Positions 24,598 to 36,400 of a DNA stretch of 64,000 nt are shown here, piece by piece. Position 1 is the first letter of the stretch. Every line of letters begins with the position of its first letter. The stretch comes from Candidatus Bipolaricaulota bacterium (lineage in GTDB: Bacteria > Bipolaricaulota > Bipolaricaulia > UBA7950 > UBA9294): assembly GCA_040752575.1 (NCBI GenBank), contig JBFMGK010000003.1, positions 115,794 to 179,793 of the forward strand. The letters are read 5' to 3'. The notes beneath the pieces are model-generated. The model was not told the DNA's origin and searched no databases. It was given only the letters and a program-made list of their open reading frames with translations. The position numbers were made by a program, and so were the translations under genes.

Positions 24598-26029
24598 CGA
24601 CTTCGATCTCGAAGTGCGCGACCTCGTCGTGCGCTACGGCGATCGGCAGGAACCGGCTCTGGACGGAATCTCCGAGGTCATCGAGCGGGGAGAGGTCGTC
24701 GCGATCTCGGGTCCTTCGGGTTGCGGGAAGACGACGCTTTGCCGCGTCCTCTGCGGCGTGATTCCCGGGCTTGTCCCGGCTCAGGTCACCGGGGAGGCTC
24801 GGCTGGGGGACAGGCGGATCGGCCACGAGGGGGCCGAGATGCTGGCGTCGTCGATCGGCTTTGTGCAGCAGGACGCCGATGCGCAGATCTGCACTCTCAG
24901 CGTCTGGCAAGAGGTGGCCTTCGGTCCGGAGAACTTGCGGCTTGCGGAGGAGGAGATCCGGACGCGGGTTGCGGACGCCCTTAGCGACCTAGGGATCGAG
25001 TCTCTCCGAGACCGAAAGACGACGACGCTCTCCGGCGGAGAGAAGCAACGATTGGCCGTCGCCTCGGTCCTCGCAATGCGCCCCGGCATCCTCCTTCTCG
25101 ACGAGCCGACTGCGAATCTCGACCCGCGCGGCGTTCAGCAGCTCTTCGCCCTGCTCGCGCGAACCACGCACCGCGAAGCGCAGACCCTGATTCTTGTCGA
25201 GCATCGGGTCGAAGCCCTGCGTTCGCTGGCCCCACGCCTGGTCTTGTTGGAACGTGGCAGAATCGTCCGACGCCTCTCGGCATACGCGCCATGGGATCTC
25301 TCCCCCCTTGGATTGAGGGGAGACTGGCCTCCCGCGGCGTCGGAGACGAAGGCGAGCTTGACTCTCGCCTCCGCGCGCCATGTCACCTTCCGCTATCGCG
25401 ACGGCGGGCCGTTGATCGAGGACCTGAGCCTCGACCTGCGCGGCGGCGAAGTGCTTGCCGTGATCGGCCCCAACGGTGGCGGAAAGACGTCGCTTCTGCG
25501 TCTTCTTGCCGGCCTCGCGCAGCCGCTCGAGGGGCGCGTGGAGCGCCCTCGCACGGTTCGCGTGGGCTTTGTCTTCCAGCATCCGCACCACCAGATCTTC
25601 GAGCGTACGGTGCGGCGTGAGATCTGCTTTGCCCCCGCGTTGTCCCCCGAGAACGGGGAGTCCCGTCTGCGCGAGGCACGGCTCGACCACGTCGCCGGCG
25701 CGGCGCCTCTTTCGCTGAGTTTGGGCGAACAACGCCGGCTCACCGTCGCGACGGCGATGGCGCAACACCCCAACATCCTGCTGTTGGATGAGCCGTTCAT
25801 CGGACAAGACCGACAAAACGTGCTGTGGGTCATCTCGTGCCTTCGGCGCGTCGTGGCCGAGGGGGGAGCCGTCGTCCTCGTGACGCACGACATTCCCCTC
25901 GTCGACGCACTGGCTGACCGAGTGCTGTTTCTCGACCGCCGCACGGCCCTCCTCGGACGTCGCGACGAGGTCTTTGCATCGTTGCGTGAACGGGGCGACA
26001 CGCCGTTCACTCCGGAGGCGTGGCGTTGA
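24584..26029 (+). CDS. ECF transporter dual-ATPase (A-A') component
   Basis: Two Walker A motifs (GPSGCGKTT, GPNGGGKTS), signatures LSGGEKQR and LSLGEQRR, LLDEP twice, EVAFGPEN. Start uncertain (24551 or 24584). Confidence 0.9.
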   Translation: MSWSSDFDLEVRDLVVRYGDRQEPALDGISEVIERGEVVAISGPSGCGKTTLCRVLCGVIPGLVPAQVTGEARLGDRRIGHEGAEMLASSIGFVQQDADAQICTLSVWQEVAFGPENLRLAEEEIRTRVADALSDLGIESLRDRKTTTLSGGEKQRLAVASVLAMRPGILLLDEPTANLDPRGVQQLFALLARTTHREAQTLILVEHRVEALRSLAPRLVLLERGRIVRRLSAYAPWDLSPLGLRGDWPPAASETKASLTLASARHVTFRYRDGGPLIEDLSLDLRGGEVLAVIGPNGGGKTSLLRLLAGLAQPLEGRVERPRTVRVGFVFQHPHHQIFERTVRREICFAPALSPENGESRLREARLDHVAGAAPLSLSLGEQRRLTVATAMAQHPNILLLDEPFIGQDRQNVLWVISCLRRVVAEGGAVVLVTHDIPLVDALADRVLFLDRRTALLGRRDEVFASLRERGDTPFTPEAWR

Positions 26030-26775
26030 GCGACGTGGGCCTGCACGGCACATCTCCTCTGGCCAACGTCTTTCTGCTCCTTTGTCTTGTCGGGGCCACG
26101 CTGGCCGCCCCGAGCCTCGCGGCGGCCGGAGTCGTTCTGACGGCGATGGCGGCCCTTGCGGTTGCATCCGGCGAACGCCCCCTTTCTCTTCTGCCGCGAC
26201 TTCGCCGCCTCCTTGTCTTCGCCTTCGTGCTGTTTCTTGCCCAGGCTCTGTCGACTCGCGGTGGAACGGCCCTCGTTACGTGGCCGGTTCGCATCACGGA
26301 CGCGGGGATGATCGCGGGCGGACGGATGGCTGTGCGATTCCTGACGATCCTCTCGGCCAGCGCGCTGTTCGTGCGCACGACGGACCCTGACCGGCTATCG
26401 CAGGCGCTCGTTCGTCTGGGCATTCCGTATCGCTTTGGCGCGCTTCTCGTGCTGTCCCTTCGTTTCGTGCCGTTCTTCGAAGACGAGCTTCGGTCCGTGC
26501 GCGAAGCGCAGAAGATCAGAGGGCTCGCGGCCTCGGTTCGCAGTCCACGTCGGCTTCTCCAGTCCGCACGATACACGTTCCTTCCCGTGCTCGTGTCCGG
26601 GCTCTACCGCGTGGATGCCATCACCATTTCCATGAAGACGAGGGGGTTCGGCCTCTACCCGGATCGAACCACCGCCCGCCCGATGCACCGCAGCCCGTGG
26701 ACGATTCTGACGCTGTTCGTCGCGGCCCTCGCGTTGGCTGCGGCGCTCGCGATCGAAACCAGGGGGTGGGGATGA
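26020..26775 (+). CDS. ECF transporter transmembrane T component
   Basis: TTDP..L..AL..LG.P, LRFVP, AQKIRG and MKTRGF (the two conserved X-R-X motifs of EcfT). Confidence 0.92.
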   Translation: MALSDVGLHGTSPLANVFLLLCLVGATLAAPSLAAAGVVLTAMAALAVASGERPLSLLPRLRRLLVFAFVLFLAQALSTRGGTALVTWPVRITDAGMIAGGRMAVRFLTILSASALFVRTTDPDRLSQALVRLGIPYRFGALLVLSLRFVPFFEDELRSVREAQKIRGLAASVRSPRRLLQSARYTFLPVLVSGLYRVDAITISMKTRGFGLYPDRTTARPMHRSPWTILTLFVAALALAAALAIETRGWG

Positions 26776-27344
26776 AGAGTGACATCCGTCCAAGTTGGTT
26801 GCTGGGTCTCGTTGCCATGGCGCTGGCGATGGTCGTTCCGCTTGCCGTTCGCATCGCCCTGGGGCCGCCGGGAAAGGAGGTCGTGCGCGTCGACGCGAAC
26901 GGCGAGAGCCGGCGCTTCACGCTGGCTGCTCTCGGGCGGCTGCCCGGCCTGACGCGGCAGGGCGAGGTCCAAAACCAGTTCGGAAACTGGCGCGATGCCG
27001 GGGTCTATCGCGGACCCTTCGTGCGCGAGCTTGTCGCGGGCTTGCCGTACGACGAACTCCTCGTCGAGGCGCAGGATGGATACGCGGCAACGATCTCGCG
27101 CGAACGCGTCGAGGACGATGCCTATCCGATGATCCTCGCAACCTCGTGCGACGGCGTGAGCGTCCCCGAGTGGGAAGATGGACCGAGGATCGTCGTGCTC
27201 CCCGAGTCCGGACGCGTCAGCAACGCCGAGTACGGCGTTGTCTCCGCCGGCAGCACGTGGGTCAAGAACGTGGCCCGGATCGTGCCCCGTCGCCGGGGCA
27301 CGGAGATCCTCGACGACGAACCTCCCGCAGAAAGCGAGCCATGA
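26772..27344 (+). CDS. Membrane-anchored molybdopterin-oxidoreductase-like domain protein
   Basis: N-terminal TM, then YRGPFVRELV...EAQDGY..GPRIVV..WVKNVARI. ATGA overlap with ecfT. Confidence 0.7.
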   Translation: MKSDIRPSWLLGLVAMALAMVVPLAVRIALGPPGKEVVRVDANGESRRFTLAALGRLPGLTRQGEVQNQFGNWRDAGVYRGPFVRELVAGLPYDELLVEAQDGYAATISRERVEDDAYPMILATSCDGVSVPEWEDGPRIVVLPESGRVSNAEYGVVSAGSTWVKNVARIVPRRRGTEILDDEPPAESEP

Positions 27345-27409
27345 TCGGCCGCGTTCCTGAGCGCGCCCCACGTCACCTCGCCGCGGCAAGAGGGAGTACC
27401 TCCACCACC

Positions 27410-30400
27410 CTAGGGGGCTGCATGGCGGACGAAAGCCGGGGCCTCCGTGAGGCACGCCAGACCGACATGGTCGCGCCAGTACCCGAGGACGGGACGCAGA
27501 TAGACCCGTTCGCCCAAGATGTCCACCCGCAGAAGCTCTGCGGCGAGTTGCGCGACACCTTCGCCATGACCGGAGGCGAGGATCTCGCCAAGTAGTTCGA
27601 AAGCCAGAGCAGCCTCTGCCGGCGTATAGCGCCAGCCGAGACGGGCAAAGTCCGAGAAGACGAGCCGCCCATCCGCAGCGCGTGCCGTCGCCGCGAAGGC
27701 CTCCCATGCGGCAAGACCGGCACTCCGCAGCTCGACGTCCCCGAGAGCGCGGGCGGCGATGAGCAGGATCTCGACCCGCGCCGCGGCTTCCGCAATGCCG
27801 GCGGGTTCCAGGTTCAGAACGTTTCGAGCAATGGCGGCGAGGGCCGCCGCGGCTTCCGCGGACCTTTCCGTGGGCGTCAGCACGGCCTCGGCGAGGCCGC
27901 GAGCGACAAGGACGACGTCGGTCAGACCGGCGAGCAGATCCGACTCGAGGGTCGCCGACACCGTGCCGTCGTCCAACACGTGGCGGCAGACGGCCGTCAC
28001 GAAGCCGCCGGCCATCTCTCCCGCGTTGCGGCGCGCCGCGTCCGATGCACCTGCTGCCGTTGTGATCCGAGCCAGCCCGAACAGGATCGATGCCTGGTCT
28101 GCCGCAAGAACGCGCGGGTCACTCGTTGTGAAGTCAACTCCTTGCTCGGTCGCTACGATGCGCGTTCCGTGGACGAGCGAAGCCGTTCCATCTGCCGAGG
28201 TTGTCAGCGTCTGTCGCAGCCACTCGACCTGCCAATCGACGGCCGCCGAGACGTAGCTCTGGAGATAGGCCGCCAGGCCGTCGCCTCGCGGCGTCGCAAG
28301 GAAACCCGCCTCGCGGGCCAGCGTCCAGCCTAGGGCCGCGGGGCTCACGTCCTCCGCCCTGTCGACGAAACCGACGCCACGCTCGACGATCGGAACGCCC
28401 CCCGAACTCGGCAGAACGATCGGAGCTCCAAACTCCGGCGGTGCAGGCAACCCCGCCTCTCTGGCGAGCGACGGGGCGTCGAAGAACGTCGTCTGCGCAA
28501 ACTGACTCAGCGGAACACCAAGACCCGACTCGCCGAGCAGGACGCCCAAGTTCGCCAACGACGCGGCGGTCGCCTCGGCCGACGCTTCGCCGAGCCCGTC
28601 CAGGGTGACGAGGTCGTCGAGCGCGACCGAAAGGCGCATGGCCTCGTGGGTTCGGTAGTCGACGGCGGCATCGCGGAGCGCACCGCCCCAGGCGTCGTCG
28701 GCCGTGCTCAGAGACACGTCGGCGCATGCTTGGCGGGGAGGAATCGGCTCGCCACGAGCGTCGATGGCCGACAGGGTCACGCAGTTGGTCAGCGTCTCGC
28801 CCAGAGGCCGATCCTCATCGATGCGTACTTCCAGAGTCCAGCGTTTGATCTCGCCGGCCTCGAGGGAGTCGTAGGTCCAGACGAGCGTCTGCCCGTCGAC
28901 GGACACGGGAGCGGGCTCCGCCGAGAGCAGATGCACGCCCGGCGGCAGGACGTCCGTCACGAGGACGCTATAGAACGCTTCAGCCGTCGGGTTCTCTGCC
29001 TCCATCACGTAGCGCACGATGTCGCCGGGCCGAGTCCACGCGACGCCCCGATACGGCGAAGCGGGTTCCACGCACGCCCGGCGGTCGAGAACGGGTGCCT
29101 TGAGGAGGGTCGAACCCTCTTGATCCTCGACGCGCGCGGGAAGCTGCAGATCCAGCGCGTCGAGCGTTCGCCCGACATGGCGACGAATGTGCGCGCGAAT
29201 CCGATCCGCGTCGACCGGTTCCGCGAACCCCGCCGCCGAAGGGAGCGCCGTCAGCGCGAGGCCCAGCTCAAGCGGCGTGGCGCACCAGGACAACAGGTCG
29301 GGCGCCCCGGCGAAGGCCTCCGCCTCATGGTTCCAGAACCGATCGTCGAAGGCGAGAACTGCAGCACGAATCTCCGCCGACAAGTCCGCGAATCCGACGG
29401 AATGGGCGGCGAGCAACGACCGCAGCGCCCCAAGCTGCCCGCCCAAGGTCGGCGGCTCACAGACCGCACCCTCGACCGGAACGGCGTCCCAGCGCTCACG
29501 GTACACGCCTTGGCCCGTCCAGAGGTGCGAGAGGACGAAGGACGCGCCCTCTTCGAGGAGCTGGCGAGCGATCTCTGTGGATCGCGCGCCGGAGAACACG
29601 TCGAGCGTGCCCTCGAGGGCCTCGGCAACCAGGCCGAGACCCAGCGCTGAGACGCGATCGCCGGGGAGCCATGACGCGTTGCTGGGCGTCGCCGAGTCCG
29701 CGAGAACGCGCTCCGTCCCTCGACGGTGTGCGGTCTCGAGGGTTGAGAGGGCCATCTGGGCAAGCGATGCGATCCGGCCCGGGAAGGCGAGCGGGTCCAC
29801 GGGAATCTCGGCGAGAAGGGCCTGAGCTTCGGGGTCCGCTGTCAGGCGCGCAACCTCGCACAGGCCAAGGAGAACCGAAGCGTGGTCGAACAGCTGACTC
29901 GTACGGTCGACGGCTTCATACGTCGTCCTCCCGCCCGTCGTGCGCGCCGACGAGACATGCGGCAAATACGAAACCCCGTCCGGCCCAGGGACTTGCAGAT
30001 CCTCCAGGGCGCTCACTTGAGCGGCGATGCCTGCGACGAGGGCACGCACGAGGGCTTCGTCCTCGGACGAGCGTTCGACGCTGGCGAGGATCTGAGAGGT
30101 CTCCTGCGCCTCTCGTAGGAGGGTCATTCCCAGAGCTGAGGGGACGATCCTCGTATCGAACGTCGCCGGATTCCAGGCGAGTCCCGTGACAGGTTCCCTC
30201 CCGATCACGGGATCTCCGGCGAAGAACGGTATCAAGGTCGGACGGACTTCTGCGGTGGGCAACGACGCAGCGATCCGGCCGTCGAGCGACGTGAAGCCCT
30301 CGATGGCGTCAGACCCCAGGCCGAGGCCGGAGTGGAGGATCACCGCGACGAGATGGGCGTCGGCGTCGTCCTCGCGCCCGATCCCCGAGGCCTGAAGCGC

Positions 30401-33400
30401 ATACGCTCCGAACATCCCGATGTCCGTCTGATACCAGGGGCTGTCGTCGAGTACGCGGAGGCCGCCGCATGCCGACTCGGATCCCGTCTCGACGAGACAC
30501 AACCATCGCTGAAGGACCGGCGCGAAGTCCGCGCCCGCGTTCGCAGAGACTCCGAATAGGGTTCCGAAGCCGTCTCCTTGAACGATGCGCGCCCCGCTCT
30601 CCGTGAGCGCGTTGTCCAGTTGCAGCGCTCCGTCGTCGACCACGCTGCGGACGTACGCTGCCAGCCGGCCGAGAACCTGGGCGGCATCCTGCGCATCGCC
30701 GCCCTGCGCGAGACGGCGAAGCGCGCCGACCGCAAGACCCATGTCGAGGGCGGTTGTGCAGAACGTGCCACGGTCCAGGCGATACAGCCCAAACCCCAAG
30801 CTTCCGTCCCACGCATCGCGCTCGAGGGCGTCGTAGGCTTTCCATGCGGCCTCGACGTTGCCTGCGACGAGGGATCCGTAGATCCCGGCGAACTGCGACG
30901 CCAACGCGGTGAATACCCCGGCCGTGGTCGACGGCTCGACAAACGTTCCGTCGGACCGTTGGCGTTTCGCGAGGCATATCTCGGCAGCGTCGCGCAGTCG
31001 GGAAGCCACATCGCCGTGAACGCCCGCGAGGTCCGCGGCCTCGTCCGTGGCGATCAGGAGCAGGGCGACATCGATGGTCGATGCGAGAAGGCGTTGGGGT
31101 TCAGCGTCGCTTGGCGAGCGGCCGTAGAACTCGCCGTCCGGAGCCGCATGATAGACGGCAATGGCCCGGGCGGCGCGATCCAGCACGGAAGCCGCCCCCG
31201 CTTCGAGCGAGGAAGCCAGCTCGCGTTCTCCGGCCGGCCAGTCGTTGGCCCCGCGTACCCAGGCGAGCGTTCGGGCGGCTCCCCAGATGAGCGCGACCTG
31301 ATCGAACAGGACGCTGGCATCGTCGAGGATCTCCAGCTCGCCTGTGGCCTCCCTCTCGCGAGCCTCGTGCGCCACGTGAGTCGTCGCGCCGTCGGTTGAC
31401 GCAAGCAGAGCCCCTTCGAGGACCTGGAGCTTGTTCGCGAGGCCTTCAGCAAGCACCCAGCCTGTGTAACGATCGGCGGCATCTTGCGAGGTCACTCGCG
31501 CGGCTGCCGCTTGGGCACCGCTCAACAGGCCCATCCCGAGATTGCTTGCGACGATGCGGCGATCGATCTCGGTCCACTGCCCGCTAGCTCCCCACGTCGA
31601 ATCGCGCGAGGCCTCAAAGACCGGCTCTCCGCCCGCGTACTCCAGGGCGATCCATCGTCCCGCGGGAGGGCTGTCGAACGTGGAGAGCCCGGCGGCAGCC
31701 GCCAGTTCAGCCAGTCGCTCCGCCAGAGCCGCTTCGAGCGAAATCCCGGCCGCCTCGGCGCGTGCCGCGATGCGCGGCGCGCGTTCCAGCGGAACTCCGA
31801 TACTCGATAGAACAGCTACCTGAAGAACGTTGTCCGTGGCCGCCTGTCCTAGGTCATGGGCAACGGTCCTCGTCCACGTCGGGAGTAGCGTGTCGGGGAA
31901 GCGGTCGTTCGTCCCGCTCTCGGCGGCGAACGACGCGAACTCCGACGCGGCGAACAGCGCGATGTCGGTCTGGAACCACACCGCCCCCGCTACAGCTTCG
32001 ATCCCCAGGCATCCGCCGCTTCCCAACGTCTCGGCCGTCTTCCGCAAGACGGGCACCTCGACGACTCCGCCGGCGCCGTCGGCGAGCCAAGATCGGGCGA
32101 TAACCGCCGCAGTGTCGGCGTCATCCGCGTCGACGTCGTCGGGAACGAGACTCCGCTGATCGGGGGCGATGACAGCACCGTCCGCGTCGCGACCGGTAGC
32201 CTGCAGACGATTGACGTAGCGTCGGCCATCGACGACAGGTTGATCGACGACCGCATCCAGGTGAACGGTCAGAGCCTGCCCGATGGCCAGCGTTGCGTCG
32301 AGGTCGAAGAGCAAGCTGTCCCCCGCGTCGCTCGGCTCGGCGGAGAAGATGCGGTCGGGGGTCGTCACACGCGCCGAGCCCCGCACGTACGACATCTCCG
32401 GCGGCAAGCGATCGCTCACGTCGACCGAAAAGGCGGTCGCGGTGCCGACGTTTCGTACGACGAGCGCGAAGCGGACGGTATCACCGAGCTCCACGCGATC
32501 GTCTGCGACGTTCCGGCCGTCTCGCAGCACGGCGCTGACGGACTTATGGGTCACCAGCGCGGGAACGTCGGCAGCGCCGAATAGGACGGCGTCATCTTGA
32601 TCGTCCAGGTCCGTATCTGCGCGAACGCTCGCTGACGCGTTGGCCGGAATCGCGTTGTGGTCTCCGTCGAAGCCGTCCGCCGACATGCGGTTCTCGTACG
32701 CGGTCCCGGCCCGCGTCGGGCCGTTGACGCGTGCCTGGAAGCGCAGAGTAAGAACGTTGTCCGGCGCAAGGCGCGCGTCGAGCGGCCACCAGAGGCTGCT
32801 CGGCCCACCCAGCGGGTCGGCGGTGGCCGTTCCCGTGCCGAGCGGCCATCGCGCGTCGGTCGTCCCGGAGACGTACGTGAACGGAGGCGGAAGAGCATCC
32901 CGGACGTCGACGTCATAGGCTGTGCCCAGTCCGACGTTCTGCACGACAAGCTCGAACGTGACCAGGTCTCCCTCTCGCACGGCGGCGGTCGCGCCGAGCC
33001 GGGTTCCGCCGCGCACGACGTCGAGAACGCGCTTCTCGGTTACCAGAGCTGGCTGTACAGCTTGGAGACTGGCCGAGCTCGCGTCATCGAGGTCGTCGTC
33101 CTCCGGAACGGTGTCCCGCGCGTCGGCTGGAATGGCGGCCCCGGCTGCATCCTCGCCCGCGGCGAGCATGGTGTTCTCATAGCGCAGGCCCTGGCGAACG
33201 CGGTTCGACACCTTGGCCTCGTACGACAACGTCAGAGCTTCTCCTGGCTCGAGCGCTGCCCCAAGAGACCAGGTCAGCGTGGGTCCGGGCGCGCCCGCCG
33301 GCGCGACCGTCGAGGAACCCCTCGGCCACGCGGCGTTGGTCGGGCCGCGGTAGTCCAGCTCTTCGGGAAGGGTGTCCACGACCGAGACATTGAGCGCTGG

Positions 33401-36400
33401 ACCGCTGCCCACGTTGCGGACGACGAGCGTGTACGCGACGACATCGCCCGGCTCGACGTTTTCCGACGACACGGGACGTGCGCCGCGGAGCACGCGATCG
33501 ATCCGCTTTTCGGTGACCAGCGCGGGAGCGCCGACGCGAATCGTTGCAATTCCCGTGTCATCGGGGTCAGAGTCCTCAGCGTCGTCATCGTTGGTGTCGC
33601 CGAGCGCGGCGTTCGAGATAGGGATAGCAGTCCCGAATCCGTCCTCTCCGGTGGCCGTCGCCACGTTGGTCAGGCTCACGCCGGGAGGTGCCGAGAGCGT
33701 GACGCGGGCGGCGAACTCCACCGTCAGCGTTTCTCCGCCGGCGACCGTCGCGTCAAGGGAGGTCGAGAACCCTCCCGCGCCGTCCGCCAGGCCGAGGCTT
33801 CCGCCGGCGACCGGCGCGCTCACGGAGTAGGTCCCCGAACCTTGCGGCCCGGACGTATCCACGACAATTCCCGTGGGCAGGTCGTCCTCCAGCTCCACAG
33901 CGTAGGCCGTCCCCTCTCCGACGTTGCGAACCACGATGCGGTAGATGATGAGGTCGCCGTACAAGAGGGGGTCGACGACCCCGATCGAGGATCCGCCGCG
34001 TCGCACGTCGACGACCCGCTTGTCCACCGACAGAGCGGGTTCCGCGACGTCAATGGAGGCGATCCCCGTATCATCAGCGTCCGGATCTTCGGCGTCGTCG
34101 TCGCTCAGGTCGCCCGCCGCCGCATTCGAGGCGGCAGTGGCCGCTCCCAGATTGTCGACTCCGTTCGCCTGCGCCACGTTGACCAGCGCGATCCCCTGAA
34201 CCGCCGCGCTCGTGACGCGCGCGGTGTAGTCCGCCGTCAGCGTTCCCCCTCCGGCGAGCGCGGCGCCGACCGCCGCCGTGAACGACGTTAGGCCGCTTGT
34301 CAGGCCGAGGGAGCCGGAACTGGCCGGGGCACTCACCGTGTACGTTCCCGCCGACCCCGGTGCCGCAGTCTCCGTCAGGAGACCTGTCGGGAGGGTGTCG
34401 GAAATGCTGACGGCGTAGGCTGTTCCCTCTCCCACGTTCCGGACCACGAAGCGATAGACGATGAGGTCGCCGGGCTCGACGGGGCCGGACGTTCCGACAC
34501 TGCTGCCGCCTCTCAAGACGTCCGCGATGGTCTTGTTGACCTTGAGTGCCGGACGATCGGCTTCGATCGTGACGCTCGCGCTGCCGGCCGGAATATCCCT
34601 GCCGCTCCCTTCCTGTCCATCTCCCGTGACGATATTCGTCAAGATGTCGCCTTGTTCGAGCGTGCTCTGCGCGATCGCGCAGTAGCGGAGGGTCAGCGAC
34701 GCGCCGACGGCGAGCGTGGCGTGAAGGGAGGTCGTGAAGGTGGAGCCGCCCGCAGGAACGGGGAACGTCCCGCTGCCGCCGGCCGACAACGTGTACTCGC
34801 CGTTATGTCCGGGCGCCGCCGTGTGGTAGACAAGGCCGTCGGGCAGAGTGTCGGCGAGGTCCACGTGGAAGGCGATGGCCGCTCCGTTGTTGGTGATCGT
34901 CGCCATGTACTCGACCACATCCCCCGACTCGACGGTGGAGGTCGGCCAGATGCTCGCTCCGCTTCGCCAGACGTTGGTGATCGACTTCGCGGTCGTGAGT
35001 GCCGGACATGTGCACAGGGCTGCGGCGATCGAGGCTTCGTTGTCTGCCTCGGAACACTCGCAGATTACGCCCGCCTCATCTGCCACCACCCGGATCGCGT
35101 GCGGCGTCGCGCAGAGCAGGGGCGGCGTCGTGTAGCTCAAGGAGTAGGTTGCGCCTGCGTCGATGGACTGCGTCTCCTCATGGACGCGTGTCCCATCCGC
35201 GTACACGCGGATCGAAACGCCGGTTGCCGTCTGCCCGCCGGTGTTTCGGATGCTTGCCGTCACGGTGAACGTATCGTCGAGATTGCAGACGGCGCCAACG
35301 TTCGACACCGCGAGATCCGGGGCGCTCACCGAGAAGGTCGTCGAGGCGGTGTTGTTCGCGCCCGTGCATTCACAGACGGCATTCGCCGGATCGGCCGTCG
35401 CCGTCACGGCGTAGCCCGAGCCACATCCGACAGGGGCGGCGAAGGGAACCGTGATGGTTTCGCTCTCTCCCGCTGCAAGGGCGACCGTGGTTGACGCCTG
35501 TCCCGTTGCGGCGCCCGTGATCCCCACGACGACGCCCGACGGCGCGATGCCGCAGCCGGAGTTCCGCACGGTGACCTGGGCGGATCCCGGCAAACACGGG
35601 TTCGGCGCGCTCGCAGTGAATGTCGTGATCACGAGGTCGGGAAGCGGCGACGTGTAGACTGCCGTTCCGGTGTTGTTCGTGCCCGTGCACTCGCAGACCT
35701 CGTTCCCGGTGTCCACCGTGGCCGTGAACGTGCAATCACACGTTGCGCAGCCGCTCCACGCTCCGGCGACCGGGAACTGCACGACGACGCTCGCTCCGGC
35801 TGCAAGGCTCGTCACGCGCTGGCTCGCGAACGCGAGGCAGCCGCTTGTCGCGAGGCCGACGTCGAACGCCCCCGCGGATCCGCAGCCTGTGTTGGTCACC
35901 GTGACGGCGGCGAGTCCCGAAATCGTGTCGCCTGTGCAGCCTAGACCTGCAAAGTCGATCCCGCTCGCGATGAGATCGGGGAAGGCGACGGGCAGAGCCG
36001 TCGCGCAGAACGTGTTGTTCGTCCCGCTGCACTCGCAGAGCGTATTCGAGTCATCCGCCTCGATCTGGACGGAGATCTCGCACGGCGAGCAAGCGTTGGC
36101 CGTCGTGGTTCGGTCGACGGCGAAGGCCTGCGTTCCACCTCCGGCGGCGAGGCTGACGCCCGTGAACGTCTGAGTCCACTGATCGAGCACGGTTCCGCCA
36201 CAGCTTGCTCCCGCGAACACCGTGAACCGCATCGGGATGTTCGTCGTGAGGGAGCTTGCGCCGCAGCCCTGGTTGCGCAGAGTGACACTCCCTTGGATGC
36301 GCAGTTGCCCGTCTCCCGCGCAGGACGGAGCCAGCGTGCTCGCGTGCACGACGACATCGGGAATCGTCGGCGTGTAGACAAGGGACGCGATGTTGTTGTT

